This document shows, in pieces, positions 1 through 10,556 of a stretch of DNA of 64,000 nt; the first letter of the stretch is position 1, and each line of letters starts with the position of its first letter. Source of the DNA: Candidatus Latescibacterota bacterium (GTDB lineage Bacteria; Latescibacterota; UBA2968; UBA8231). The stretch spans positions 1,376,001-1,440,000 of the forward strand of contig OZ252098.1 of the NCBI GenBank assembly GCA_965248355.1. The letters run 5' to 3'. A model generated the notes under the pieces. The model was given only the letters and a program-made list of their open reading frames with translations, was not told the DNA's origin and did no database searches. The translations under genes and the position numbers were made by a program.

Positions 1-17
1 TTCCTCGCCGAGCATCC

Positions 18-674
18 GTGATGGCCGGGGGCCGGGCGCCGACCAAGGCCGAGAAGGCGGGCGTCATCCTGGAAACCCTCGACGGCCTCTACCCCATGCC
101 GCCGATCCCGCTGTCCCACCGCAGCCCCTACGAGTTGCTCATCGCCGTCCTGCTCTCGGCCCAGACCACGGACGTCAAGGTCAACGAGGTGACGCCGGCC
201 CTCTTCGCCCGCGCCGACACGCCGGAGAAGATGGTCAGGCTCGACGTGGAGGAGATCCTGGAGATCGTGCGCACCGTGGGGCTGGCCCCGGGCAAGTCGA
301 GGAACATCCACCGCCTCTCCGAGCTGCTCCTGGAGCGCCACGGCGGGCGCGTGCCAGAGAGCCTGGAGGAGCTGGAGGCGCTGCCCGGCGTCGGCCACAA
401 GACCGCCTCCGTGGTCGTCGCCCAGGCCTTCGGCCGGCCCGCCTTCCCCGTGGACACCCACATCCACCGGCTGGCCTTCCGCTGGGGGCTGTCGAACGGC
501 CGCAGCGTGGAGCAGACCGAGAAGGACCTGAAACGCGCCTTCCCCGAGCAGACCTGGAACCGCCTCCACCTGCAGATCATCTACTTCGGCCGCGAGCACT
601 GCCCGGCGCGCGGCCACGACCTCGCCTCCTGTCCGCTGTGCAGCGTCGTGGGGCGGCGGAGCCTGCTGAAGTAG
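18..674 (+). CDS. nth: Endonuclease III (HhH-GPD DNA glycosylase)
   Basis: LLIAVLLSAQTTD, HhH motif LPGVGHKTA, PVDTH, C-terminal Cys cluster. The start may be ATG 21. Confidence 0.95.
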   Translation: MMAGGRAPTKAEKAGVILETLDGLYPMPPIPLSHRSPYELLIAVLLSAQTTDVKVNEVTPALFARADTPEKMVRLDVEEILEIVRTVGLAPGKSRNIHRLSELLLERHGGRVPESLEELEALPGVGHKTASVVVAQAFGRPAFPVDTHIHRLAFRWGLSNGRSVEQTEKDLKRAFPEQTWNRLHLQIIYFGREHCPARGHDLASCPLCSVVGRRSLLK

Positions 675-777
675 CCTGGGCAAGACTCCCCCGACCTGCC
701 ATCCGGCCCGGGCGGTGCCGGCATCGGCAGGAGCGGGCTTGCCCTTTCGGGAATAGTGATTACAATCACTTATCGCC

Positions 778-1467
778 ATGGAAACCCGGGGAATGGAGGA
801 TGTGTTCGTTGCCGCGGCCCGGCTGCAGGAGTTGGTGCCCGACGCCGTTCTGGTCGGTGGTTCCGCGGCCGTTCACCACGCCGGACACCGAATATCGCTC
901 GACGACGACCACGTCGTCCGGCACCTGCGCGATCGCTTCGACGATGTTCTGGCCGATCTCGAGGCAACCGAGGGTTGGATCACGGCGCGAGTGCAGCGGC
1001 CGGTGCTGATCCTGGGACGTCTCGACGGTGTGGAAACGGGGATCCGGAACCTCGTCCGCCGGCGGCCGCTGGAGGTCGAAGAGGCAGCGGTCGGGGAACG
1101 CAGCTTGCGGGTACCGACCCTGTCCGAGATCGCCCGCATCAAGGCGTGGCTCTGCCTGATGCGGAATGCGACCCGCGACTATCTCGATTTCGCCGCCCTT
1201 GGCGACCGACTTGGCGACAGGGAGGCGGTTGGCGTGATCGTGGAGATGGACCGCTACTACGCCGATCAACTCGGTCCCGGCGGCCGCCGTGTCGCCACCC
1301 AAGTCGCCAGGCAACTGGCGGAACCCCGTCCCGACGACCTGTCGGAAGTGGATCTCGTTTCCTATCGAAGACTTGAACATCGATGGCGCGACTGGCGGAC
1401 CGTCGTCGACGCCTGCCGCCGAATCGCCGTCGAAGTCCTCGATCGGCTCGCAGAGGATTCGCCGTGA
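778..1467 (+). CDS. AbiEii-like nucleotidyltransferase (putative type IV TA toxin)
   Basis: VLVGGSA...HRISLDDD motif and R-N-A-T-R-D-Y-L-D motif; GTGA overlap with the downstream XRE gene. Confidence 0.7.
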   Translation: METRGMEDVFVAAARLQELVPDAVLVGGSAAVHHAGHRISLDDDHVVRHLRDRFDDVLADLEATEGWITARVQRPVLILGRLDGVETGIRNLVRRRPLEVEEAAVGERSLRVPTLSEIARIKAWLCLMRNATRDYLDFAALGDRLGDREAVGVIVEMDRYYADQLGPGGRRVATQVARQLAEPRPDDLSEVDLVSYRRLEHRWRDWRTVVDACRRIAVEVLDRLAEDSP

Positions 1468-1955
1468 ACCATCGCCACCTGGAGGTCGTCTCCGGCACTC
1501 CGGCCGAAGCGCAACCGCTGGCTGCCATCGTCGATATTCTGCAACGAGGCGATCTCGATGAGTGGCGGCCGATCGCCAGGGCCATTCGCCGGGATCCGAT
1601 GGGTGAGTTGGCCGGCAAAGTGCTGCGCCTGGTGGACGCCTACCCGATGTACGGGACCTCCTCTCTCTGGCGGTCGTGGATCGACCGTTGCCGGGCGCGC
1701 GCCGAGGGCGCCGCGCCGTCGGAGGAGGTGGAACCTGCGGCCCTCCGGCGGCGGCTGGGGATGACCCAGGTGGAGGTCGCCGGGCGAATGGGCATCTCCC
1801 AGTCCGACCTGTCCAAGCTGGAGCGCCGGCGCGATCTGCGGCTGTCCACGCTGCGGTCGTATGCGCAGGCCCTCGGGGGCGGCATTCGAGTTCTCTTTGT
1901 CTCGGGCGACGGCCCGACAGCCATCCGGCTGGACGGCACGGACGTCAGGAGCTGA
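1464..1955 (+). CDS. XRE-family HTH protein (putative cognate antitoxin/regulator)
   Basis: C-terminal LRRRLGMTQVEVAGRMGISQSDLSKLE...LSTLRSYAQALGG; GTG start overlaps the upstream stop. Confidence 0.75.
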   Translation: MNHRHLEVVSGTPAEAQPLAAIVDILQRGDLDEWRPIARAIRRDPMGELAGKVLRLVDAYPMYGTSSLWRSWIDRCRARAEGAAPSEEVEPAALRRRLGMTQVEVAGRMGISQSDLSKLERRRDLRLSTLRSYAQALGGGIRVLFVSGDGPTAIRLDGTDVRS

Positions 1956-1996
1956 CCCCAGGGCGCCGGTTTCAGGCTGTGCTGGTTAAGCGCGTC

Positions 1997-3373
1997 ATGA
2001 CGATTCAGGACCTCGTCTTCCGGGACACCCGGCTGCCGGAGGAGCCGTCCCCGGACGACCTGCGGGCGGCAGCCGGCGACTACGAGGCGATCTGCCTGGC
2101 CAACATCCGCGCCGTGGTCGAGCGCTTCGAGCGCCACGACGGCGCCTATCCCTTCGTCGACACCAAGCTCGACCTGCGCACCGGGCGCGACCACCCGGCC
2201 GGCGACCTGGTCCGGGGCTTCGGCACGATCTACGGCTGGATCCAGGGCCGCGGGCTGGAGGCCGTGGCCGGCCACGCGCTCTGGGCGGAGGCCGACTCCC
2301 GCCCGCGGCTTCAGGAACTGGCTCCGCGGCTGCGCGCCATGACCGCGGCCGTCCTCGGCTCGGTGCGCCGGCTGCGGGCCCGCAACGAGGGCCACCTGTT
2401 CTTCTTCATGTCCCCCGACGGATCGCCCTTCGCCATCGGCCCGGGAGACCGCCGCGAGCCGGTGACGATCACCGCCGCCACGCCCAGCGGCTTCAGCGAC
2501 CTCTTCGGCGCCAAGGGCCTCTTCGCCGGCGCCCGGCTTCTCGGAGAGGCCGCCGCCGAGGCCGAGGCCGTGGAGTGGATGGGACGGGTCTCCGCCGACA
2601 TCTGGTCGAGGCGCTTCGCCAGCGACCAGCAGCCCCTCGACCCGACGAACCCGATTGAAACCCTCCCCGGCCGGCACGGCCACGGGGCCTACATGATCCA
2701 GCTCGGGGCCGCCGCCCAGGGCGCCCGGGCGGGGCTCCCCGGCGCCGTGGACGAGGGGCTGCGCCTGATCCGCCACGAGCTGGACAACCACGCCAACCTG
2801 GACGGCCGCCCGGGGTTTCAGGAGGGCGACTTCTGGGAGTTCGTCGACGACGAGGGACGGCCTCTGCGCGAGGAGGGCCGCATCCTCTCCGACCCGGGCC
2901 ACGCCCTGGAGTTCGTCGGGCTCGCCTTCAAGCTCCTAAGGGAGGCGGGGAGCCGGCCGGAAGGGGCCGACTTCACGGTGCCGCTCTTCCGGGTCCTGGA
3001 CCAGGTCTTCGGCTACGGCTTCCAGCCCGAGCCCGGCGGCATCTGCAAGGCCTACGACCTCGTGGCCCGCCGCCCCATCCACACCGGCATGCCCTGGTGG
3101 AGTCTGCCCGAGACGATCCGGGCCGCGGCCCTCTGCTGGCGGACCCTGGACGACGAGGAGGGGAAGCGGCGGTGCCTGCGCATCTGGGCGGCCTGCCACA
3201 ACGCCTTCTTCGAGCACTTCCTGCGGCCCGAGGTCCACCTGATGGCGGTGCAGATGCGCGCCGCCGACGGCTCGGTCTCGCCGGCGATCCCGGCCACGGC
3301 CGACGCCGACCCCGGGTACCACACGGGGCTGAGCCTGCTCGACGTGGTCGAAGCGGTGAGGAGCGAGGTGTGA
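1997..3373 (+). CDS. AGE-family (N-acylglucosamine 2-epimerase-like) protein
   Basis: WIQGR, DPGHALE, PWWSLPE, DPGYH motifs; ATG at 1997 within ORF 1676..3373. Confidence 0.8.
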   Translation: MTIQDLVFRDTRLPEEPSPDDLRAAAGDYEAICLANIRAVVERFERHDGAYPFVDTKLDLRTGRDHPAGDLVRGFGTIYGWIQGRGLEAVAGHALWAEADSRPRLQELAPRLRAMTAAVLGSVRRLRARNEGHLFFFMSPDGSPFAIGPGDRREPVTITAATPSGFSDLFGAKGLFAGARLLGEAAAEAEAVEWMGRVSADIWSRRFASDQQPLDPTNPIETLPGRHGHGAYMIQLGAAAQGARAGLPGAVDEGLRLIRHELDNHANLDGRPGFQEGDFWEFVDDEGRPLREEGRILSDPGHALEFVGLAFKLLREAGSRPEGADFTVPLFRVLDQVFGYGFQPEPGGICKAYDLVARRPIHTGMPWWSLPETIRAAALCWRTLDDEEGKRRCLRIWAACHNAFFEHFLRPEVHLMAVQMRAADGSVSPAIPATADADPGYHTGLSLLDVVEAVRSEV

Positions 3374-4926
3374 GCTACGACACGATTCTCGTGGGCGCCG
3401 GCGCCGCCGGCTGCGTCCTCGCCGCCCGTCTGTCGGAGGCCGGGCGCCGGGTGCTGCTGCTGGAGGCGGGCCCCGACTTCCCCGACCCGGAGGACCTGCC
3501 CACGGAGGTGCGGCGGGCCTACGGCGAGCCGGGCATCTGGTCCCGGGCCTTCGGCTACCGCACCCGCTTCGGCTGGGGCTACCGGGCGCGGGCCACGGAC
3601 AGCCACCCGGACATGCTCGTCCCCCGGGGCCGCCTCGTGGGCGGCTCCAGCGCCGTCAACGCCCAGATCTTCCTGCGCGGCCTGCCCGAGGACTATGACG
3701 GCTGGGCCGCGGCCGGCAACCCGGAGTGGGCCTGGGCGAAGGTCCTGCCCTGCCTGAGGCGGATCGAGGCCGACCCCGACTTCGACGACGACTTCCACGG
3801 CGCCCGGGGGCCGATCCCCGTGCGCCGCTTCCCCTACGAGGCCTGCGCCGCCGAGCAGAAGGCCTTCTACGACGCCCTGCGCGAGCGGGGCCAGCCCGAC
3901 TGCCCGGACCACAACGACCCGGACTCGACCGGCGTCGGCCCCCTGCCCCTCAACAACGCCGGCGGCATCCGCTGGAGCGCGGCCCTGGGCTACCTGACCC
4001 CCGAGGTTCGGGCGCGATCGAATTTGGAGATCCGCAGCCAGGCCCCGGCCGGGCGGATCCTCATCGAGGGGGGACGCGCCGCGGCCGTGGAGATCCGGGG
4101 TCCCGCCGGCGTCGAGCGCATCGCCGCCGGGGAGATCATCCTCACGGGCGGGGCCATCGGCTCGCCCCAGCTGCTGCTGCTCTCCGGGATCGGTCCCGCC
4201 GCCGACCTGCGGGCCCTGGGCATCCCGGTGCAGGCCGACCTGCCGGGGGTGGGCGGCAACCTCCGCTGCCACGCCCAGTGCGGCGTCAACATGGAGGCGG
4301 AGCCGGCCTTCCTCGGCACCGGGGAGGAGCCGCCCTTACAGATGGGGTGCCGGTACACGGCCGCCGGCTCCGGCCTGCGCAACGACATGTTCCTCCACCC
4401 CGGTTCCGCCGCCCCCCGGGGCGGGTATTACGCGGACGCCGAGGTCGTGGGCTTCAACCTGGTGGCCTCCATCTACCTGGCCGCCGGGGCCGGGCACCTG
4501 GGCCTGGCGTCCACCGATCCCGGGCGCCAACCCCGGCTCGACTACAACTACTTGGGGGAGAGCGCCGATCTGGACCGCATGCGCGAGGGGGTGCGGATCC
4601 TGCTGGATCTGCTCGACCACGAGGCCTTCCGCGGCATCGCCCGGGCGCCGCTGAACATCACCGCCGCCGACACCCGCAGCGACGCCGCCCTCGACGACTG
4701 GATGCGCCGCGTCGTGGCCACCAGCCATCACGTCTCGGGCACCTGCAAGATGGGCCCGGACAGCGACCCCGCGGCCGTCGTCGACGAGTGCGGCCGGGTG
4801 AAGGGGGTGGAGGGCCTGCGCGTGGCCGACGCCTCCATCATGCACGACTGCATCCGCGCCAACACCAACCTCACGACCATGATGATCGCCGAGCGCGTGG
4901 CCGAGCTCATGGCGGAAGGACGCTGA
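3370..4926 (+). CDS. GMC-family FAD oxidoreductase (choline dehydrogenase-like)
   Basis: GAGAAG FAD motif, RGRLVGGSSAVN, HVSGTCKMG, VADASIM...NTN; GTGA overlap with the upstream gene. Confidence 0.92.
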   Translation: MSYDTILVGAGAAGCVLAARLSEAGRRVLLLEAGPDFPDPEDLPTEVRRAYGEPGIWSRAFGYRTRFGWGYRARATDSHPDMLVPRGRLVGGSSAVNAQIFLRGLPEDYDGWAAAGNPEWAWAKVLPCLRRIEADPDFDDDFHGARGPIPVRRFPYEACAAEQKAFYDALRERGQPDCPDHNDPDSTGVGPLPLNNAGGIRWSAALGYLTPEVRARSNLEIRSQAPAGRILIEGGRAAAVEIRGPAGVERIAAGEIILTGGAIGSPQLLLLSGIGPAADLRALGIPVQADLPGVGGNLRCHAQCGVNMEAEPAFLGTGEEPPLQMGCRYTAAGSGLRNDMFLHPGSAAPRGGYYADAEVVGFNLVASIYLAAGAGHLGLASTDPGRQPRLDYNYLGESADLDRMREGVRILLDLLDHEAFRGIARAPLNITAADTRSDAALDDWMRRVVATSHHVSGTCKMGPDSDPAAVVDECGRVKGVEGLRVADASIMHDCIRANTNLTTMMIAERVAELMAEGR

Positions 4927-4936
4927 GGGACACCCG

Positions 4937-6622
4937 ATGAGCGGCCGGGACCTGCGCATCCAGCTCGACCTGCGGATCCCCATGCGCGACGACGTCGAGC
5001 TGTACGCGGCCCTGTACCGCCCGCGCGCCGGGGAGCGGTTCCCGGTGCTGCTGATCCGCTCGCCCTACAGCACCCAGCATCCGCGCTACGTCGACTGGGC
5101 CGTGCGCTTCGCCGGGGCCGGGTACGCCGTGGTCATGCAGGACTGCCGCGGCCGCTACGAGTCGGAGGGCAAGTGGCGGCCCTACACCGACGAAACCCTC
5201 GACGGCTACGACACCTGCCAGTGGCTCGGCGCCCAGTCCTGGTGCGACGGCCACATCGGCACCTTCGGGGTCTCCTACCCCGGCTTCACCCAGATCCTGC
5301 CCGCCCACCTGCGCAGCCCCTACGTGAAGGGCCTGGTGCCGATCGCCAACCAGGAGGACAACTACGGGCACTTGCGCTGTGACGGCGTGCTGCAGCTGCA
5401 GAACGCCATGAACTTCATCTGGCTCGGGGACCGCACCAACCAGAACGCCCCCCGGGACCTGATCGACTGGGACCGGGTCTACCGCCGGCTGCCCCTGGTG
5501 AGCGCCCTCGACGACCTCGGCGAGCGCCCCTTCTACCGGGAGATCGTCCGCCACAGCCGCTTCGACGAGTTCTGGAGCTCCTGCAGCATGAAGAAGCGCT
5601 ATCCCGACGTGGAGACCCCGGCCTACTTCATCACCGGCTGGTACGACAACCTGCTGCACGAGGGCTTCAAGTGCTTCCGCGGCTTCCGCACCCGGGGCCG
5701 CGGGCCGGCCCGCCGGCATACCCGCATCCTCGTGGGGCCCTGGACCCACACCGCCATCGGCGACGCCGCTCCCTTTGGCGACTGCGCCCCCTTCGGCGGC
5801 GTTGGCTTCGGCCAACAGGCGGCGGTCGACATCCCCGCCGAGCACCTGCGCTGGTACGACCAGCGCCTGCGCGGCATCGACACCGGGATCGACGAGGAGC
5901 CGCCCGTGCGGCTCTTCGTCATGGGCGCCAACCGCTGGCGCTCCGAGAACGAGTGGCCCCTGGCGGGCACGCGGTGGACGCCCTTCTACCTGCACGGCTC
6001 GGGACGGGCCAACTCCCTCTTCGGCGACGGCCGCCTGTCGACGGAGGCCCCGGCGGAGGGCGAACCGCCCGACGCCTTCACCTACGACCCGGAGGACCCG
6101 GTGCCCACCTGGGGCGGGCCGAGCATGTTCGCCGAGAACACGGGTCCCCGGGACCGCCGGCCCATTCAGCGGCGCGACGACGTCCTGGTCTACACCACCG
6201 ATCCCCTGGAGCGGGGCCTGGAGGTCACCGGGCCGGTGGAGCTGGTGCTCCACGCCGCCTCCGACGCGCCCGACACCGACTTCACGGCAACCCTCGTCGA
6301 CGTGCATCCCGGGGGCGCGGCGATCCACCTGTGCGAGGGGATCGTGCGGGCCCGCTTCCGCGAGTCCTTCACCGAGCCGAGCCTCATCGAGCCGGGGGAC
6401 GTCTACGAGTACCGCATCCGCCTCTGGGAGACGGCCAACCTCTTCGCCCGCGGTCACCGCATCCGCCTGGAGGTCTCGAGCAGCAACTTCCCGCGCTTCG
6501 ACCGCAACCTGAACACCGGCGAGGATCCGGCCGATGACGACCAGCCGAGGCCCGCCGGGCAGAGCGTCTTTCACGACGCCGGGCGCCCCTCTCACCTGAT
6601 CCTGCCGGTGGTGCCCTCATGA
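4937..6622 (+). CDS. CocE/NonD-family serine hydrolase
   Basis: MRDDVEL, QDCRGRYESEG, GVSYPG nucleophile motif, GWYD, GPWTH, SSSNFPRFDRN. Confidence 0.92.
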   Translation: MSGRDLRIQLDLRIPMRDDVELYAALYRPRAGERFPVLLIRSPYSTQHPRYVDWAVRFAGAGYAVVMQDCRGRYESEGKWRPYTDETLDGYDTCQWLGAQSWCDGHIGTFGVSYPGFTQILPAHLRSPYVKGLVPIANQEDNYGHLRCDGVLQLQNAMNFIWLGDRTNQNAPRDLIDWDRVYRRLPLVSALDDLGERPFYREIVRHSRFDEFWSSCSMKKRYPDVETPAYFITGWYDNLLHEGFKCFRGFRTRGRGPARRHTRILVGPWTHTAIGDAAPFGDCAPFGGVGFGQQAAVDIPAEHLRWYDQRLRGIDTGIDEEPPVRLFVMGANRWRSENEWPLAGTRWTPFYLHGSGRANSLFGDGRLSTEAPAEGEPPDAFTYDPEDPVPTWGGPSMFAENTGPRDRRPIQRRDDVLVYTTDPLERGLEVTGPVELVLHAASDAPDTDFTATLVDVHPGGAAIHLCEGIVRARFRESFTEPSLIEPGDVYEYRIRLWETANLFARGHRIRLEVSSSNFPRFDRNLNTGEDPADDDQPRPAGQSVFHDAGRPSHLILPVVPS

Positions 6623-8712
6623 CGCAGGGCGCCGTGCGCATCGGCGCCGACGTGGGCGGCACCTTCACCGATGTCGTCCTCATCGACGGCGGGGGCCGGG
6701 TCCACACCCACAAGGCGCCCTCCACCCCGCCCGACTTCGAGCGCGGCGTCCTCGACGCCGTGGCCCAGCTGCTGGAGAGGGCCGGCGCCGAGGGCGGGCA
6801 GGTGCGGCAGGTCGCCCATGGCACCACGGTGGCCACCAACGCCGTCCTCGAGCGCCGGGGGGCGCGCACCGCCCTGGTCACGACCCGCGGGTTCCGGGAC
6901 GTCCTCGAGCTGCGCCGCATCCGGGCGCCGCAGATCTACGACCTGTTCTTCACCAAGCCGCCGCCCCTGGTGGAGCGCTCCCTGCGGATCGAGGTGGGCG
7001 AGCGCATGGCCGCCGACGGCGAGGTGCTGGAGCCGCTCACCGAGACAGGCTTGGGGGAGCTGGTCGACCGGCTGCGGTCCGAGGCCGTGGAATCGGTGGC
7101 CGTCTGCCTGCTCCACTCCTACGCCTACCCCGCCCACGAGCGGGCCGTCGGCGAGCGCCTGCGCCGCGACCTGCCCGGGGTCCCGGTGTCGCTGTCGTGC
7201 GAGGTGCTGCCGGAGCGCAAGGAGTACGAGCGCTCGGCCACGACCGTGGTCAACGCCTACGTCCGTCCGGTGATGGAGCGCTACCTGCAGTCGTTGCGCG
7301 CCGGCCTGCGCGGCCTCGGAGCCGAGGCGCCGCTGCTGATCATGCAGTCCGCCGGGGGCCTCACCCCCGAGGCCGACGCGGCCTCCCGCCCGGTCTTCGC
7401 CCTGGAGTCGGGGCCGGCCGCCGGGGTGCTGGCCGCGGCCCTGACCTCCGAGGCGGCGGGCGAGCCGAACCTGATCACCCTGGACATGGGCGGCACCACC
7501 GCCAAGGCCTCGATCATCGAGGAAGGAGCCCTCTCCTACAGCCCCCAGTACGAGGTCGGCGCGTCGCTGTCGACCGGCGGCCGGCTGCTGGGGGGCGCCG
7601 GGGAGCTGATCCGGGCGCCGAGCATCGACATCGCCGAGGTCGGGGCCGGCGGCGGCAGCGTCGCCTGGCTGGACCGCGCCGGCGGCCTGCAGGTCGGTCC
7701 GCGCAGCGCCGGCGCCGAGCCGGGCCCGGTCTGCTACGGCCGCGGCGGCACCGAGCCGACCCTGACCGACGCCAACGTCGTCCTCGGGTACATCCGCGCC
7801 GGCGAGCTGGCCGGCGGCGAGGTCCGCATCGACCCGGAGGCCGCCCGCCGGGCGATCCACGACCGCATCGCCGCCCCCCTGTCCCTGGACCTGCTGGAGG
7901 CGGCCGAGGGCATCCACCGCATCGCCAACGCCCGCACCATGCGGGCCCTGCGCTCGGTCTCCACCGAGCGGGGCCGCGACCCCCGGGAGTTCGCGCTCAT
8001 GGCCTTCGGGGGGGCGGGACCCGTGCACGCCGCCGGCCTGGGACGGGAGCTGGGGATCGGGCGCCTCTTCGTGCCCCCCATGCCGGGGCTGTTCAGCGCC
8101 TTCGGCCTGCTGTTCTCCGGGGTCGAGCACCACTCGGTGCGCAGCTGCCTGCTCTCGGGGGAGGAGCTGCGCGCGCCTTCGATCCAGCGGATCCGCGACG
8201 AGCTTTCGGCGGAGCTGCTCGAGCGCTTCGCCGGGGAGGGGTTCGCCGCTGACGAGGTGACCCTGAGCGCCGGGGTCGACGTACGTTTCCGGGGTCAGAC
8301 CTCCGACATCGCCGTCCCCCTCACCGGGGAGGCCCTCACCGCCGAGCGCCTGGATCGCGCACGGGCGGCCTTCGTCGCCGAGCACGAGCGCCTGTACGGG
8401 CACCGGTCCGATCCCGCCAACCCCCTGGAGGTGACGGCCGTGCGGGTCGTGGGCCGGGCCGGGGAGCGAGGCCTGCCGGGCTTCCTCGAGCCGGTCCGGA
8501 CCGGCCCCGGAGAGGGTAGCCGCATGGCCTGCTTCGAGCCCGGGCAGGGGGCCGTGGCGACCCCGGTGGTGTCGAGGGGCGACCTGGCGGATACGGCGGA
8601 GGGGCCGCTGCTGATCGACGAGTACGACTCGACCATCGTCGTCCCCCCCGGGGTGAGGGTGGGGACCGATGGCCTGGGCAACATCCTCATGGAGCTGCGG
8701 GCCGAGAGATGA
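6619..8712 (+). CDS. Hydantoinase/5-oxoprolinase subunit A
   Basis: DVGGTFTD, HGTTVATNA, ESGPAAG, DMGGTT, GAGGGS, PGPVCYGRGG. Confidence 0.93.
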   Translation: MTQGAVRIGADVGGTFTDVVLIDGGGRVHTHKAPSTPPDFERGVLDAVAQLLERAGAEGGQVRQVAHGTTVATNAVLERRGARTALVTTRGFRDVLELRRIRAPQIYDLFFTKPPPLVERSLRIEVGERMAADGEVLEPLTETGLGELVDRLRSEAVESVAVCLLHSYAYPAHERAVGERLRRDLPGVPVSLSCEVLPERKEYERSATTVVNAYVRPVMERYLQSLRAGLRGLGAEAPLLIMQSAGGLTPEADAASRPVFALESGPAAGVLAAALTSEAAGEPNLITLDMGGTTAKASIIEEGALSYSPQYEVGASLSTGGRLLGGAGELIRAPSIDIAEVGAGGGSVAWLDRAGGLQVGPRSAGAEPGPVCYGRGGTEPTLTDANVVLGYIRAGELAGGEVRIDPEAARRAIHDRIAAPLSLDLLEAAEGIHRIANARTMRALRSVSTERGRDPREFALMAFGGAGPVHAAGLGRELGIGRLFVPPMPGLFSAFGLLFSGVEHHSVRSCLLSGEELRAPSIQRIRDELSAELLERFAGEGFAADEVTLSAGVDVRFRGQTSDIAVPLTGEALTAERLDRARAAFVAEHERLYGHRSDPANPLEVTAVRVVGRAGERGLPGFLEPVRTGPGEGSRMACFEPGQGAVATPVVSRGDLADTAEGPLLIDEYDSTIVVPPGVRVGTDGLGNILMELRAER

Positions 8713-10439
8713 CCCGGACCGATCCGATCACGCGCGAGATCGTCAGGAACGCCCTGGCCTCGGCCGCCGACGAGATGGCCGTCGCCCTCTACCGCACCGC
8801 CTACTCCACGGTGGTGCGGGACTGCCTCGACTACTCCACCTCTCTATGCGACGCCGATGGCGAGATGATCGCCCAGGGGGTGACGATCCCCCTGCATCTC
8901 GGCGCGGTGCCGTACGCCATGGAGACCCTCTTCGCCCGCTTCGGCGACGACATGGAGCCCGGCGACGTCTTCATCCTCAACGATCCCTTCGACGGCGGCA
9001 TGCACATCCCCGACATCTTCGTGGTGCAGCCCGTCTTCCGGGGGGATGAACGGGTCGCCTTTGCCGTGAGCACCGCCCATCACCTGGACCTCGGCGGCCG
9101 CCTGCCGGGCAGCTCGGCCTGCGACAACACCGAGATCTTCCAGGAGGGCCTGCGCATCCCCTGGCTCAAGCTCTACCGGCGCGGCGAGCCCGACGAGAGC
9201 CTCTTCACCCTGCTGAGGGCGAACGTGCGGGTGCCGCACATGACGATCGGCGACCTGCGGGCCCAGCTCGCCGCCTGCCACATGGGCGAACGCGCCATCC
9301 ACGAGCTGATCGACCGCTACGGCCGCGAGACCTTCCAGCGCTGCGCCGCCGACCTGATCGACTACACCGAGCGCCTGGTGCGAGCCGAGATCGCCTCCTG
9401 GCCCGACGGCAGCCGCACCTTCGTCGACCACATGGACGACGACGGCGTCGGCGGCGGGCCGGTGCGCCTGCAGGCGAAGATCACCATCGACGGGGACCGG
9501 CTCACGGCCGACTTCACCGGCTCGGCGCCCCAGGTGCGCGGCGCCCTCAACAACACCCTCTCCTTCACCGCCTCGGTGGTGGGCCTGTGCGTGCGCTCGG
9601 TCCTGCGCGGGGAGGTGCCGAACACGTCGGGCATGTTCCGGCCCCTGGAGATCATCGCTCCCAAGGGGACGGTGGTGCACGGGGCCATGCCGGCGGCCTC
9701 CTCCATGCGCGGCGTCACCGGCTTCCGCCTCGTGGACACGGTGCTGGGCGCCCTCTCCGGCCTGCTCCCCGACCGGGTGATGGCCGCCGGCGAGGGCGGC
9801 AACTCCCTCGTCGTCTTCGGCGGCACCCGCGACGACGGGGCGCCGTACGTCTACTACGAGCTGATGTCGGGGACCTGGGGCGGCCGCCCCGACCGCGACG
9901 GCAACGACGGCCTGTGCAACCCCGCCAACGTGGCCAGCAACATCCCGGTGGAACAGGCCGAGTCGGAGTACCCCATCCGCATCGAGCGCTACGGGTACGT
10001 GCCCGACAGCGGCGGCGCCGGCGCCTTCCGCGGCGGTCTGGGCCTGGAGCGGGAGTGGCGCCTGCTGGCGGGCGAGGCCCATCTGGCGATCCGCTCGGAC
10101 CGGCGCCACCACCCGCCCTACGGCCTCTACGGCGGGCGGCCGGGCCGGCCCTCCCACACCGTCCTCCACCACGAGGAGGGGGAGGAGGTGCTGCCGACGA
10201 TGATCTCCACGAGGATCCGCGCCGGCGAGCGGGTGTACCACCGGCAGGCCGGGGGCGGCGGCTGGGGCGACCCGCTGAGCCGGGACCCGCAGGCGGTGGC
10301 CGACGACGTGCGCAACGGCAAGGTCACGGCCGAGGCGGCGAGACAAGAGCACGGGGTGGTGCTGGAGGCGGAGACCGGTGAGGTCGAGACGGAGGCCACC
10401 GAGGCCCTGCGCCGGCGGATGTCCGGGGAGGAGGAATAG
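8709..10439 (+). CDS. Hydantoinase/5-oxoprolinase subunit B
   Basis: RTAYS...D, NDPFDGGMHIPD, HHLDLGG, EGLRIP, GGGGWGDP; ATGA overlap with subunit A. Confidence 0.93.
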   Translation: MTRTDPITREIVRNALASAADEMAVALYRTAYSTVVRDCLDYSTSLCDADGEMIAQGVTIPLHLGAVPYAMETLFARFGDDMEPGDVFILNDPFDGGMHIPDIFVVQPVFRGDERVAFAVSTAHHLDLGGRLPGSSACDNTEIFQEGLRIPWLKLYRRGEPDESLFTLLRANVRVPHMTIGDLRAQLAACHMGERAIHELIDRYGRETFQRCAADLIDYTERLVRAEIASWPDGSRTFVDHMDDDGVGGGPVRLQAKITIDGDRLTADFTGSAPQVRGALNNTLSFTASVVGLCVRSVLRGEVPNTSGMFRPLEIIAPKGTVVHGAMPAASSMRGVTGFRLVDTVLGALSGLLPDRVMAAGEGGNSLVVFGGTRDDGAPYVYYELMSGTWGGRPDRDGNDGLCNPANVASNIPVEQAESEYPIRIERYGYVPDSGGAGAFRGGLGLEREWRLLAGEAHLAIRSDRRHHPPYGLYGGRPGRPSHTVLHHEEGEEVLPTMISTRIRAGERVYHRQAGGGGWGDPLSRDPQAVADDVRNGKVTAEAARQEHGVVLEAETGEVETEATEALRRRMSGEEE

Positions 10440-10556
10440 ACCCCGCATGGCAGGGTCATCCGGCCGCCGGAGACCTCCCGCCGCGCGGAGGCATTGTAGT
10501 GGGCGGCACCGCAGGGCCGCCGGCCGCCGACCCTCGGGACAGGAGTAGACCCGACT

